Of a stretch of 33,531 nt of DNA, positions 1-10,095 are shown in pieces. The position numbers were made by a program, and so were the translations under genes. The DNA lies in the IMG/VR virus record IMGVR_UViG_3300025426_000076, positions 1-33,531 of that record. One strand, written 5' to 3'. The first letter of the stretch is position 1, and every line of letters begins with the position of its first letter. Below the pieces are notes generated by a model, which saw only the letters and a program-made list of their open reading frames with translations, did no database searches and was not told where the DNA came from. Origin of the DNA: a virus. Taxonomy: Duplodnaviria > Caudoviricetes.

Positions 1-314
1 CCAGCACGTTCGATAATCTTGTTCCAGACATCGACTTTGCCGACTTTCATGAACTCAAGCTGGTAGTGCGCTTTGATTTCCCGAACCTTATCCAGCTCCA
101 GCTCAATCTGCATGGCAATCTGCATATTGGATGCGTTGCCAGACGATTTGGCTTCAGCAACCGCTTTCTCTGCATTGTTTGCTGACGAAAAAAGACTGCC
201 TAATGCTGGCCCTAAAGACTGAACGTCTTGAGCCGTTTTGGCCGCTTGCTTAACAAGCGATACTGCTTTTTGAATTCCCGTTAGGGCTAGGCCAATGCTT
301 ATTGGATCAATCAT
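1..314 (-). CDS. Hypothetical phage protein, probably lysis-region; runs off the window's left edge
   Basis: Not in the ORF track. ATG at 314 opens MIDPISIGLALTGIQKAVSLVKQAAKTAQDVQ...; no stop before position 1; abuts the stop of the 71-aa gene. Confidence 0.7.
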   Translation of the reverse strand, partial: MIDPISIGLALTGIQKAVSLVKQAAKTAQDVQSLGPALGSLFSSANNAEKAVAEAKSSGNASNMQIAMQIELELDKVREIKAHYQLEFMKVGKVDVWNKIIERA

Positions 315-315
315 T

Positions 316-531
316 TCAAACTCCCATCAGGTGTTTAAATAATTGTTCCAGATATTTTGGGCCAAACAATGACACAGCGATCAAAAGATAGAGGATGTAC
401 TCTATCCTTTGCATCCGCTTAGAGCCGTCATCAAACCTTTCTTGAATGGCTTGATAACGAGCAGCACAAATCGCCTCATGCGTGTTTAACCTCGCATCAG
501 TCGTCAGTACTTGCTTTTCAACAGCGTCCAT
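316..531 (-). CDS. Small membrane protein, XhlA/holin-like
   Basis: 71 aa: coiled N-terminus (HEAICAARYQAI), one hydrophobic segment (ILYLLIAVSLFG); lies downstream of the tail-fibre block. Confidence 0.55.
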   Translation of the reverse strand: MDAVEKQVLTTDARLNTHEAICAARYQAIQERFDDGSKRMQRIEYILYLLIAVSLFGPKYLEQLFKHLMGV

Positions 532-875
532 TAGACACCAACATAAGTGACCACTGGAGAGCCAGTTGGAGCCACAATGTAAATCAGGTTGGTGTTGGTA
601 ACCGGCAAAGTCACTTGCTGACCGGCAGACAGAGCAAAGCCAGTAGAGCTTGTTACACCAGTAGTGCCAACATACAAGACTGCTGAGTTGGTGGAAGGTG
701 CTGACAAAGTAACGCTTGCGTTCAAAGCATGACTAGCCAAAGCCACAGCCGAAGTGGTAGCCGTTTGCTGTCCTGTCACCAAGCTGGTCGTTGCACCATT
801 GCTGGCAATATAAACAGGAATAGCGCCAGCAGGGTTGGTGATATAGGTAGGGGGATTGCTAGGGGTAACAGACAT
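531..875 (-). CDS. Hypothetical beta-rich virion protein
   Basis: 114 aa, Thr/Ser/Val-rich; SD-like AAGGA upstream; start/stop overlap with the next gene. Confidence 0.6.
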   Translation of the reverse strand: MSVTPSNPPTYITNPAGAIPVYIASNGATTSLVTGQQTATTSAVALASHALNASVTLSAPSTNSAVLYVGTTGVTSSTGFALSAGQQVTLPVTNTNLIYIVAPTGSPVVTYVGV

Positions 876-891
876 GATGCGTCCTTAAAAA

Positions 892-1305
892 TTAAGCCCA
901 AACGTAAGCCGTACCGTTCCAATGCAAAGACGTATTGGCAACAGTGGGTGTTGGAATAGATGCGGTAGCCAGAATGCTCAAGTTGGCTTTTTGCGCCATT
1001 GCGTTTTGGTCAGCAGCTGTGAAGAATTGGCTTGCAAAGTCACCAGCAGACCAGTTCTGAGCCGTGGTTCCTTGCTGACCCCGAACCATTGTGGTCACCA
1101 CATCACCAGACATTCCGGTGACCAAAACGATTTCTTTCAGAATGCCAGTGGCCGCATCGTTGAACGTCATGTAAAACGCCTGACCAGATACTGGAGCCGG
1201 AAACAGGGAGCCAGTACCAGTTGCCAAATTAGCAGTGGTGGCCGTGCTGGATACTGCTGCGGCCAGAGTTGATTGAGCGTTGTTGGCGTAAAGAAGCGTG
1301 GTCAT
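892..1305 (-). CDS. Short tail-fibre paralogue (mostly the shared N-terminal module)
   Basis: Start re-assigned to MTTLLYANNAQSTL (ATG 1305) because it aligns with the N-termini of the three larger fibre genes. Confidence 0.7.
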   Translation of the reverse strand: MTTLLYANNAQSTLAAAVSSTATTANLATGTGSLFPAPVSGQAFYMTFNDAATGILKEIVLVTGMSGDVVTTMVRGQQGTTAQNWSAGDFASQFFTAADQNAMAQKANLSILATASIPTPTVANTSLHWNGTAYVWA

Positions 1306-1306
1306 A

Positions 1307-2488
1307 TCAATACCCGATTGCAAACCAAAGGAAAGCAGCACTCACCAAGAAGCTCGAACCACCTTGACCACCAATACGGACATTCACGCCGTAATTGCTA
1401 GGTGCAGCTTGAGTGGTAACAACCGAGTCAACGCCAGAACTTCCCGATAAAGGAATAATGGCATTCCCGCTGAAGTGCAAACAAGCATTTGGGAAGGTCA
1501 AGGGAAATGTTACCGAGACAGGGTTGCTGCTAAAGGTATTTGATTGACCCCATTGGAGGATTAGACCGCCTGGGAGATACTGATACCCATTTGTCGTAAT
1601 ACTTTGATTGCCACCAGTGACCGAAGCCGTAGACACCGCACCCACTTGAGCTGGGGTGTAGTCTCCAGTTGCAGGAACAACAGCACCAGTTCGGCCATTG
1701 AATGAAGACACAGCACTGGTGACGTTAGCCCAGTTAATGGTAGAGCCGTTGTATTGCAGAATCTGACCAGTAGTTGTTGGCGCTGGCAAGAAGCCAGTAG
1801 CACTGGTTCCAGTTTGATAAACGATTTCTTGGGCTGCACCACCGGCAATAGCACTTGCCACGCTGGTGGCCGGATTGTTCATCACAAATGCCGACCAAGC
1901 CGCAGAGTAGGTCAAAGAGATGGGGTAATACTGTGCTGGAATATCGTTGGCAACCAAAGGCGCTTGACCGTATTTGACGATGGGGTGTGCAGGTTGAATT
2001 GCAGAACCCAAGCTCAAGGTCAAAGTGCAAGCGCCAGTATTGGCAGCAGATGCCTCAACCACAAATGTCAAGCCATCGGGAATTGCAGTCAAATCGCTGG
2101 TCAAAGCAGCGGTAAGGCTATTGGCCGAACCACCGGCAACAGCTGTGAAATAAATGGCACTTTGCAGCTGGTCAATTTGAATGAAGTTAGCCATGTCACC
2201 AGCAGTCACCAACTGGCTGACAATAGCGCCAGCAGCCCAAGGTAAGGCAGCAGTGCCTTGCTGACCACGTTGGACAGTCAAACTATCAACAGAACGGTTG
2301 GTGCAAAGGCATATTTCAGAGGTCAGTTGGGTGGCTGCATCTAATAGGGTGATGTAGAAACCGCCATTAGTGCCGGGCGAAGGGAACTCAGCACCCGTAC
2401 CTGTTGCCAAAACCAATGTCGTGGACGAGGCTGTGATGGGGTTTTGCAACGTGGTTGAGGCGTTGTTTGAATAGGCAAGTAGGGTCAT
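1307..2488 (-). CDS. Tail fibre protein with gp53-like C-terminal domain
   Basis: Shared N-terminal module (YSNNASTTL...FPSP); SVSSFNGRTGAV-type linker; C-terminal NGYQYLPGGLILQWG...VTFPLTFPNAC motif typical of fibre tips. Confidence 0.75.
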   Translation of the reverse strand: MTLLAYSNNASTTLQNPITASSTTLVLATGTGAEFPSPGTNGGFYITLLDAATQLTSEICLCTNRSVDSLTVQRGQQGTAALPWAAGAIVSQLVTAGDMANFIQIDQLQSAIYFTAVAGGSANSLTAALTSDLTAIPDGLTFVVEASAANTGACTLTLSLGSAIQPAHPIVKYGQAPLVANDIPAQYYPISLTYSAAWSAFVMNNPATSVASAIAGGAAQEIVYQTGTSATGFLPAPTTTGQILQYNGSTINWANVTSAVSSFNGRTGAVVPATGDYTPAQVGAVSTASVTGGNQSITTNGYQYLPGGLILQWGQSNTFSSNPVSVTFPLTFPNACLHFSGNAIIPLSGSSGVDSVVTTQAAPSNYGVNVRIGGQGGSSFLVSAAFLWFAIGY

Positions 2489-2512
2489 GCTGTGTTCTCG
2501 CTGTAAGCCGAA

Positions 2513-3502
2513 TTATGGAACATAAATGTAAACAGCGCCAGCGTGACCAGTACCGCCATTATTTTGGATAACGCCGCCGGTTGAGCCGTTATAGCCACCG
2601 CCACCACCACCTCCACCAATACCAGTGGCAGATATACCAAAACTTACATCACCGCCATTACCGCCACCGTTGCTGCTTGAGCCGCCGGTACCAGTGCCAC
2701 CGCCGCCACCGCCGCCGCCGCCACCGGAACAATTAAGCAGTATTCCGTAAAAGTGACCAGAATATCCTGTTCCGCCAGAGCCGCCAGTTCTATCAGTCCC
2801 AGACCCGCTACCGCCATTGGAATTGGTTCCAGCGCCGCCGCCACCACGATAATTACCAGAAGTTATTATTCCTCCAGCATAAACAGAAGACGTTGATGCG
2901 GTTGCATATTTCCCTGCATTACCGCCATTACCACCTCGTATATCATTTGAAAGCGCATTTGCACCAGCGGTTCCACCCAAAGCGGTTAAAGTCGTACTGC
3001 CATACGTTACGCTTGAATTGCCACCTGCGTTGGTGGTGGTTCCTCCAGCGCCAACAACAATGCTAATCACTTGACTTGGCGTCACTGTTATTACGCTTGA
3101 TGGATAAATAACCTGACCACCACCACCGCCACCGCCGCCGCCACCACTAGGTGACAAGTTGTAAGCGTAAGAACGCCCACCTCCCCCACCGCCACCAATG
3201 ACAATGACGTACATTTGTGTCTTGCCACTTGGGATGGTGAGTGTGGTAGAGCCAGCAGATGTGTAGCTATAAACCGTGCCAGACAATGGGTACGTTTTAC
3301 CGTACATATTGCCCAAAGATATTGCGCCGGAAGATATTCCGGCCAATGTTCTCATGCTGGTATCGTTTAAGGAACCAATGGCCGTGCCAGTACTGTTATA
3401 CAAATTTATGTAGTTGTATATTTCCAGTTCGGCACTTTCGTTCAAACTACCATTGGTGACTTTGCCACCAATGCTAATCGCCCCTGACGATACCATTGTC
3501 AT
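2513..3502 (-). CDS. Glycine-rich receptor-binding/adhesin-like protein
   Basis: 329 aa with many poly-Gly tracts (IGGGGGGG, GGGGGGGGGG) and an N-terminal SSGAISI...SLND...GAISLGNMYGK cap; located in the fibre cluster. Confidence 0.65.
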   Translation of the reverse strand: MTMVSSGAISIGGKVTNGSLNESAELEIYNYINLYNSTGTAIGSLNDTSMRTLAGISSGAISLGNMYGKTYPLSGTVYSYTSAGSTTLTIPSGKTQMYVIVIGGGGGGGRSYAYNLSPSGGGGGGGGGGQVIYPSSVITVTPSQVISIVVGAGGTTTNAGGNSSVTYGSTTLTALGGTAGANALSNDIRGGNGGNAGKYATASTSSVYAGGIITSGNYRGGGGAGTNSNGGSGSGTDRTGGSGGTGYSGHFYGILLNCSGGGGGGGGGGTGTGGSSSNGGGNGGDVSFGISATGIGGGGGGGGYNGSTGGVIQNNGGTGHAGAVYIYVP

Positions 3503-3505
3503 GGT

Positions 3506-3700
3506 TTAAGCCTGTGGTTCGCTAGAAGCAGGAGCAGCATCAACCACATTAGAGGATTGAGCGGCAACAGCTTGAGCAGCTTGGTTCAGACCACCAATCA
3601 TGTTGGCAACTTCGCCGTAGGGACGGGTCACCAAGTAGTTGACAATAGCGTTAAACAATTCAGCAGTAATTCCAACGGTTTGGTTCATGAAAAGCTCCAA
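3506..3700 (-). CDS. Small hypothetical protein (possible fibre-associated chaperone)
   Basis: NAIVNYLVTRPYGEVANMIGGL helix. True start is probably MNQTV, preceded by GGAG. Confidence 0.6.
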   Translation of the reverse strand: MELFMNQTVGITAELFNAIVNYLVTRPYGEVANMIGGLNQAAQAVAAQSSNVVDAAPASSEPQA

Positions 3701-3736
3701 AGGTAGTTTTTGAAAGGGCGAAATTGCCCATCGCTA

Positions 3737-4090
3737 TTATGCAGCAGGAGTAGCCCAAGGCAAGGGTGGTTGCGTAGTGGCGGGTGTAATCTGAGCAGCC
3801 AAGTTAGCATTGATAGCAGCCTCAGTAGCTTCTTGGTTCACGCCAGAACCCCATACCCAACCGTTCACAATAGCTTGTGTCAGGTTGGCAAAAGGCACAA
3901 AGTTAGGGTCGCCAGCAGGAGGTTCTGTGAACGAGCAAGTGCCGTATATGGAGTTGCTGTATTCCTTGCCGTTAGCGGTTTCTGTGCCAGTAGCACGCCA
4001 GCCGCAAGTGACCACCACAGAAGTGAAGCCGTTGATTTCGGTAGTAGAAGTGGAGAGCCAGTCGGTACTCCAAACGATAGTAGCTGACAT
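3737..4090 (-). CDS. Tail-fibre-associated protein (assembly chaperone-like)
   Basis: 117 aa directly after the long fibre; FVPFANLTQAIVNGWVW...PPLPW pattern; SD AAGG. Confidence 0.6.
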   Translation of the reverse strand: MSATIVWSTDWLSTSTTEINGFTSVVVTCGWRATGTETANGKEYSNSIYGTCSFTEPPAGDPNFVPFANLTQAIVNGWVWGSGVNQEATEAAINANLAAQITPATTQPPLPWATPAA

Positions 4091-4108
4091 GATTAGCCTT
4101 TCAGTTGA

Positions 4109-7100
4109 TTAAGCAATGTTTGCCGCTTTGAGGCGGGCACGGAGAGATTGGATTTCAGCCCACATCACAGGAATAAGGGCGCTCGCATCCATTTGTTGAT
4201 ACACGGGGTTACCGTCAGCATCAACGGCATCTTTTTCACCAGTATGTGCATATTCAGGCGTTTCATGCGCAATAAACATTGGGCGCTCTTGTGTAGCGCC
4301 TTTCATCTTGCCCATGTAAACAGGCACAGAATCAATCAATGCACCGCTGTCAACAACAGGGCCGCTAATGTCTTTGGCTCTGTAATCAGAAGTAGTGTTG
4401 TAAGCAACTAACCCACCTGCTCGGTTGTAAGAAATAGTGCCTCTTCGTGTTGCACTGGTTTCTGTGTAAAAATCAACAAAAAGCGGATTTCCTGTTGTGG
4501 CGGCGTTCCACGCTACATATGTTGCTGCTGATCCTGTTGCATCAATATTTTTGGCCCAAACTGCCTGATTTGATGAATTAGAAGTGCCGTCAGATGTAAT
4601 CCGCCCATTGGCAGAAGTTGTCCCCACCAACAAATTCCCGCTGGAGTCAAGAACTACTGCGTTAGCGTTAGATGTAACACCTAAACCAATAGAACCAGAG
4701 CCAGTTGTAAGTCCAATATACAAATTGCCGTTAGAAGCTGCTTCAATTCTTCCTACGTTTGTACCGTTGTAATCTGTGTAAATTCCTGAATTGCCGGAAG
4801 TGCGTTTTACATACAGGGCAGAAGAAGGGGATGTAGTACCAATACCAAAATTCCCGCTGGTGTCTATACGGGCACGTTCTGTCGATGAATTTGAAAATAT
4901 CAAAGGCCAAGAACCATCAACACTAAGGTTTAAACCAGAAGTAGTTGTATAAAATCTTGACGTGGTGACTCCAGAATAAGTGGTCGTAAGTTGCGAACCG
5001 TTAGAAGTTAAATTGACAGCCCCATCAAAATTAGCCGTTGATGTCGCATGAAAATTCCCATTTACATCCAACTTATAAGAAGGCGAACTTGTACCAATAC
5101 CCAGACCTGTGCTGGTCAGGCGCATTTGTTCAGAGCCGGTAATGCTGAACTGGTATGCGCCGCCGTTGCCTTGGTTAAAAGCAAATAAATCTCCTGACCC
5201 ATAACTTAAACTGTTATTTATGGCATTATCAGAACGATTTAAGTATAAAGATGCGCCAGATTTAATTGTTGTGGTTGTAAATGCCGCAGTATTTGGCGTT
5301 ACTCCACCAATAGGAGTATTTTGAATTCCTCCAGCAGTAAGGTTTGTACCATCAAACGTCAGCGCAGACCCCGTAATTATTGAGGTCGTTGAGTTTGCAT
5401 AAAGAACACCATTGGCCGTGTAAGAGGTCAGTCCAGTACCGCCACCGCTGGTAGGCAAAGTCTGCCAAGCTGGTGCAGCACTTGAGCCGCCAGACACCAA
5501 AGCCTGACCAGATGTGCCATAACCTGTGGTTCCAGATGTTGCCGAACTTGTTCCTCGATTGGTGCTAAATCCCAAAGCGCCGGACGCATTGATAACGTGA
5601 GCCGATGCGCCAGTAGACCCCCAAGGGAAATACAACTTATACCCATTGCCCGAGCCAACAGAAATGTCACCATCGTGGCCTGAGAAATAAACGCCATTGT
5701 TAATTGAGTAAAAATCAGGAATTGTTCCGCTGGCCGTAAAACCAGAAGAATTCATACCAAATTCGCCGTAATAAGTCGAATCAGTACCCAAATCATTAGA
5801 CAAAACGTAATTGGTCGATGCGCCAGAAGTGCCGGATTTGTTTTGAATAACCGTTTGCAAATAATTATTGGCAACAGTTGCGCTTGAAGCAAAACCAGAA
5901 TTACTAGCATTGAACGACAAATTAGGCGTTGTGCTAGTAGTTGATGTTAAAAATAGAACTGGGGCTGTCAATATAGAGCTGGCAAAAGTGAATCCAGAAT
6001 TGGAGGCAAATGCACCAGTTCCATTGCCGTAAGGAATATACCCAGCGGTCAAAGAAGTCAAACCTGTACCGCCATTTGACACGTTTAACGTGCCAGCGAG
6101 TGTCACAGCGCCGTTGGTGGCGCTTGATGGGGTCAGGCCAGTTGTACCACCAGAAACAGTCAATACACCTGTATTGGCAATTGTTACTGCGCTGGAGCCG
6201 TCATATGAGCCGCCAGAAAGTCCAGCGCCAATAGTAAGGGCGTTGGGATTCGCGGCAGTAATCGTTCCGCTGCCGCCCAAAGCGACAGTAGTACCGTTAA
6301 ACGTAACAGAATTGTTCGCCAACTGGGAATTGGTGATCGTGCCACTGAGTGCCGTTGTAGGTATGGTTGCGCTGGCAGTCATTGTGCCAGTGCCGTTGCC
6401 ATAGACATAGCCTGTCAACGAGGTTGCACCAGTGCCACCATGTGCTGCATTCAAAGTGCCAGCCAAGGTGATAGCGCCAGAAGTGGCTGTGCTTGGCGTA
6501 AATCCAGTTGTGCCAGCATTGAACGTGGTCACAGCAGCACTGCCCACAGAAGTCCAAGTTGGAGCCGAGCCAGTGCCGTTGGTGGTCAAAACATAACCAG
6601 CAGTGCCAGCCGATAAGTAAGCAGTCGTGCCAGCAGCAGACTGATAAGGCAAAGCATAGGCAGAGCCGCCTTGCAAATTGGTAGCAACCGTGGCGCTGGC
6701 AGCATTACCAGTAATGCCGATACCCCAAGTGCCAGAAGCGCCTGTGCCTGTAACGCTTGGCGCTCCAATGGTGTTGTAGCTCACCGTAATGGCCGTGCCA
6801 CCATTAAAACTGTTGCCTGACGATGTGCCAGAGCCAGAGTTATTAAAGGTAACCGCATTGGGCGTATTGGCCGTGATGGTGTCACCCACATCACCCAAGG
6901 TCAAAGTCGTGCCGTTCACCGTAATGGTGCTGTGAGCCAAACCAGAATTGGGAATTGTTGGTGAAGCAGTGACCAATGACGAGCCATTGGCATACATATA
7001 ACCTGTCAGGCTAGAAACAGTAATGTCGTGAAAAGCAGCCGATTCAGAACCGGCAACACGAAGCCATGCACCATTAGCAAACAAGGCTTGGTCGCCAATT

Positions 7101-7660
7101 TGCCAGTTGTTATAACCGTTCAAATTGGTCGTACCAGCAACCGTCACCACATAGTATTGGCCGTTTTGACCAATGCTAGACACCAAAGTCGGGGTGTTGG
7201 TTGCAGCGTTCCAGCCACCAGCGCAATAGTTGGCAGTGGTGGTTACAGTCGAAATGGCGGTCAATTGGCCGCTGGCATTCACTGTCAGAACTGGGATTTG
7301 GGTGGCCGTACCGTAAGTGCCGGGAGGACTGCCAAAAGCAGAAGACTGAATCCAATTGGTCGCAGAGCCAGCAGTCACGAAGTTGTTGACGAAGTCGCCA
7401 GCGCCCCAAGCCAAAGCATTGGTTCCCTCTTGCGCCCGAGTAACAGTAAGGGTATCGCCGGTACGGTTGGTACACAGCATGATTTCAGTCAATTTACCTG
7501 TTGCCGCATCTGTCAGAGTGACAGTAAAGCCTTGACCCGAGGTGGGGCTAGGAAACAATGCCCCTTGGCCTGGGTACACCGAAATCGTCGTAGACGATGC
7601 GCTGATCGGTGAAGCTAGGGTGGTAGAGGCGTTATTGGCAAATAGGTATTGAATGCTCAT
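4109..7660 (-). CDS. Long tail fibre with C-terminal intramolecular chaperone (Peptidase S74-like)
   Basis: 1183 aa; shared N-terminal module; GIGTSSP / ERARIDTSGNFGIGTTSP repeats; ends YNTTSDYRAK...FIAHE...EIQSLRARL. Confidence 0.85.
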   Translation of the reverse strand: MSIQYLFANNASTTLASPISASSTTISVYPGQGALFPSPTSGQGFTVTLTDAATGKLTEIMLCTNRTGDTLTVTRAQEGTNALAWGAGDFVNNFVTAGSATNWIQSSAFGSPPGTYGTATQIPVLTVNASGQLTAISTVTTTANYCAGGWNAATNTPTLVSSIGQNGQYYVVTVAGTTNLNGYNNWQIGDQALFANGAWLRVAGSESAAFHDITVSSLTGYMYANGSSLVTASPTIPNSGLAHSTITVNGTTLTLGDVGDTITANTPNAVTFNNSGSGTSSGNSFNGGTAITVSYNTIGAPSVTGTGASGTWGIGITGNAASATVATNLQGGSAYALPYQSAAGTTAYLSAGTAGYVLTTNGTGSAPTWTSVGSAAVTTFNAGTTGFTPSTATSGAITLAGTLNAAHGGTGATSLTGYVYGNGTGTMTASATIPTTALSGTITNSQLANNSVTFNGTTVALGGSGTITAANPNALTIGAGLSGGSYDGSSAVTIANTGVLTVSGGTTGLTPSSATNGAVTLAGTLNVSNGGTGLTSLTAGYIPYGNGTGAFASNSGFTFASSILTAPVLFLTSTTSTTPNLSFNASNSGFASSATVANNYLQTVIQNKSGTSGASTNYVLSNDLGTDSTYYGEFGMNSSGFTASGTIPDFYSINNGVYFSGHDGDISVGSGNGYKLYFPWGSTGASAHVINASGALGFSTNRGTSSATSGTTGYGTSGQALVSGGSSAAPAWQTLPTSGGGTGLTSYTANGVLYANSTTSIITGSALTFDGTNLTAGGIQNTPIGGVTPNTAAFTTTTIKSGASLYLNRSDNAINNSLSYGSGDLFAFNQGNGGAYQFSITGSEQMRLTSTGLGIGTSSPSYKLDVNGNFHATSTANFDGAVNLTSNGSQLTTTYSGVTTSRFYTTTSGLNLSVDGSWPLIFSNSSTERARIDTSGNFGIGTTSPSSALYVKRTSGNSGIYTDYNGTNVGRIEAASNGNLYIGLTTGSGSIGLGVTSNANAVVLDSSGNLLVGTTSANGRITSDGTSNSSNQAVWAKNIDATGSAATYVAWNAATTGNPLFVDFYTETSATRRGTISYNRAGGLVAYNTTSDYRAKDISGPVVDSGALIDSVPVYMGKMKGATQERPMFIAHETPEYAHTGEKDAVDADGNPVYQQMDASALIPVMWAEIQSLRARLKAANIA

Positions 7661-10095
7661 GGTGTTCCGTATGCAGTGACGTTAGCGAGAGCGATGAAGT
7701 TGCCCGATGAATCCAAAGAGGCCACATTCGTGCCGTTGTAGCTAAAGTAGAGTTTAGTCCCAGATGGCGTAACTGACCAGCCGCCAGAGTTAGAAATTGC
7801 ATTAGAAACTGATGCGGTTCCAACTGTCAGCGAAGAAGGCGATGTCCATGCTGGGGTAGCAGAACCATTGGAGGTGAAAAGCTGCCCAGTTGTACCAACA
7901 GAAGAAAACGCAGTGGTTCCTGCCGAGCTTTGATAAAGCACCGCACCAGCAGTTCCAGCAGCGATATTGTTGGCCGTGGCCGCTGTTCCCAAGATGCTGA
8001 TAGACCATGTGCCAGTGGCGTTTACACCTGTGATGCTTGGAGCGCCCAAAGTGTTGTAGCTGACAGTAACAGCAGATGAACCGTTAAAAGTCGTTCCAGA
8101 AGTGGCTCCAGTACCCGAATTATTGAAAGTAACAGGGTTGGCAACTGAGCCGCTGGAAACAGTAGCCCAAACAAATGTTGTGCCGTTCCACTCCAGATAG
8201 GTGCTGGCCGTGGTGGGGGCAACAATAAATGATGTTGTTCCAGCGCCGGTCTGCACCACAATTTCATTGTTCACACCGCCAGCAATGTTGGAGGCAGTCG
8301 TGGCTGTGGTGGCAGTCGTTGCAGATGTTGCGGTGGCCGCAGTCGAGGCAGAAGTGGCCGTGGCTGCATTGCCAGAAATAGAGATGCCCCAAGTACCAGA
8401 GGCATTGGCTCCAGACGCACTGGGCGCACCGACTGTGTTGTAGCTAATCGTCAAAGGTGTTGAGCCGTTGAACGATGAACCGCTGGTTGCACCAGTGCCG
8501 CCATTGTTAAAAGTAATGGAATTGGCAACTGTTCCGCTTGGAGATGTCCAAACAAATGTGGAGCCGTTCCAAGTCAAAACTGTGCCGTTAATGGTGGGTG
8601 AAGACACAAAAGCGGTTGCACCAGCCGAGCTTTGATATAGCAACTGAGAAGCTGCACCGCCAGCCACATTGTTGGCCGTTGTGGCGGTGGCCGCACTACC
8701 TGTCACCGAAATAGCCCAAGTGCCAGTGGCATTGGTTCCAGTGACGCTAGGTGCGCCGATTGTGTTGTAGCTCAAGGTTTGAGCCACTGAACCATTAAAA
8801 GACGAGCCGGAAGTAACACCAGTGCCCGAATTGTTCATGGTCAAGGCGTATTGGGTAATGCCGCCACCGCCACCGCCAGCTGCTGCCCAAACGAATCCAG
8901 AGCCATTCCACTCTAAGAATGTGCCAGACGTTGTGGGAGCAGGGATAAACCCTGTGCTGTTGGAGCCGGTTTGATAAACGATTTGATTGGCAACACCAGC
9001 GGCCACGTTATTGGCTTTTGATGAGGTCAGGGCATTGCCAGAAATGCTGATACCCCAAGTGCCGGTTGCACCAACACCAGCGGTGCTAGGAGCGCCTATC
9101 GTGTTGTAGCTGATGGTTTGGGCTGTACCGCCGTTAAATATCACGCCAGAGCCAGCGCCAGCCCCTGTATTGTTGAAGGTAATGTACTGGCCGGTAGTCC
9201 CTGGCCCTGTGCCCACAGAACCCCAAAGGAAACTAGCCCCACCCCAATACAAGTAAGTATTGGCAATTGTTGGCGCTGGAATAAATGTAGTTGCCCCAGT
9301 GCCAGACTGAACCGCAATTTGGTTGGCCGCACCGCCATCAATTGACGTTGCCTTGGCGATAGGCGTGTTGCCGATAGCGGTGACAATTTGACCACCAGTG
9401 GCATTAGAAATGGGCGATGTACCGTTGGCATACATCAAGCCGCTCAATCCGGTCACGGTCAAGCTGCCAAACACATTGGTGGTGTTGCCAATCAAGCGGA
9501 ACCATTGACCATTGGCAAAAATGGCCTGATCGCCCACATTCCAAGTGGAAATGCCGTTCAAATTGGTATTGCCAGCGACAGTCACAAAATAATAGTAACC
9601 AACCGTACCAACACTAGAGGTCAGGGTTGGGGTGTTGGTCGAGGCGTTCCAGCCACCTTGACAGGTATTGGTGGTGGTATTGGCCTGAGAAATGGCTGTG
9701 ATACCGCCGGTAGAGTTGATGGTGATGACAGGAACTTGGACCGAGGAGCCATAAGTGCCAGGCGTCAAAGCGTTGGGGCTTTGAACAAAAGTCGCGGCCG
9801 TGCCAGCAGTAATAAAGTTGTTGACGTAATCGCCGCCGCTCCAAGATTGAGCCGTGGTTCCCTCTTGACCCCGAATGACCGTGAATTGATCGCCGTATCT
9901 GGCGGTGCAATACATGATCTCCATCAAGTTCGGTGTAGAAGCGGATGTAATTGTGACCGTAAATACTTGGCCGTTTTGAGGGCTTGGGAATAGCTGGCCT
10001 TGGCCTGGGTACACCGAGAACTGCACCGCCGATGACGTAATCGGTGCAGCCAACGTGGTGCTGGCATTGTTGGCGAATAGATATTGAGATGTCAT
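7657..10095 (-). CDS. Tail fibre protein with four internal repeats
   Basis: 812 aa; shared N-terminal module; four copies of TFNNxGxGxxSGxxFNG...SYNTxGAPS...GTWxISxxG; follows the baseplate wedge gene. Confidence 0.8.
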   Translation of the reverse strand: MTSQYLFANNASTTLAAPITSSAVQFSVYPGQGQLFPSPQNGQVFTVTITSASTPNLMEIMYCTARYGDQFTVIRGQEGTTAQSWSGGDYVNNFITAGTAATFVQSPNALTPGTYGSSVQVPVITINSTGGITAISQANTTTNTCQGGWNASTNTPTLTSSVGTVGYYYFVTVAGNTNLNGISTWNVGDQAIFANGQWFRLIGNTTNVFGSLTVTGLSGLMYANGTSPISNATGGQIVTAIGNTPIAKATSIDGGAANQIAVQSGTGATTFIPAPTIANTYLYWGGASFLWGSVGTGPGTTGQYITFNNTGAGAGSGVIFNGGTAQTISYNTIGAPSTAGVGATGTWGISISGNALTSSKANNVAAGVANQIVYQTGSNSTGFIPAPTTSGTFLEWNGSGFVWAAAGGGGGGITQYALTMNNSGTGVTSGSSFNGSVAQTLSYNTIGAPSVTGTNATGTWAISVTGSAATATTANNVAGGAASQLLYQSSAGATAFVSSPTINGTVLTWNGSTFVWTSPSGTVANSITFNNGGTGATSGSSFNGSTPLTISYNTVGAPSASGANASGTWGISISGNAATATSASTAATATSATTATTATTASNIAGGVNNEIVVQTGAGTTSFIVAPTTASTYLEWNGTTFVWATVSSGSVANPVTFNNSGTGATSGTTFNGSSAVTVSYNTLGAPSITGVNATGTWSISILGTAATANNIAAGTAGAVLYQSSAGTTAFSSVGTTGQLFTSNGSATPAWTSPSSLTVGTASVSNAISNSGGWSVTPSGTKLYFSYNGTNVASLDSSGNFIALANVTAYGTP

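Noticed and set aside
892-10095. Diversity-generating retroelement or invertible fibre cassette
   Set aside because: No reverse transcriptase or invertase in the window; paralogous segments differ at all bases rather than only adenines; all fibres are co-oriented.
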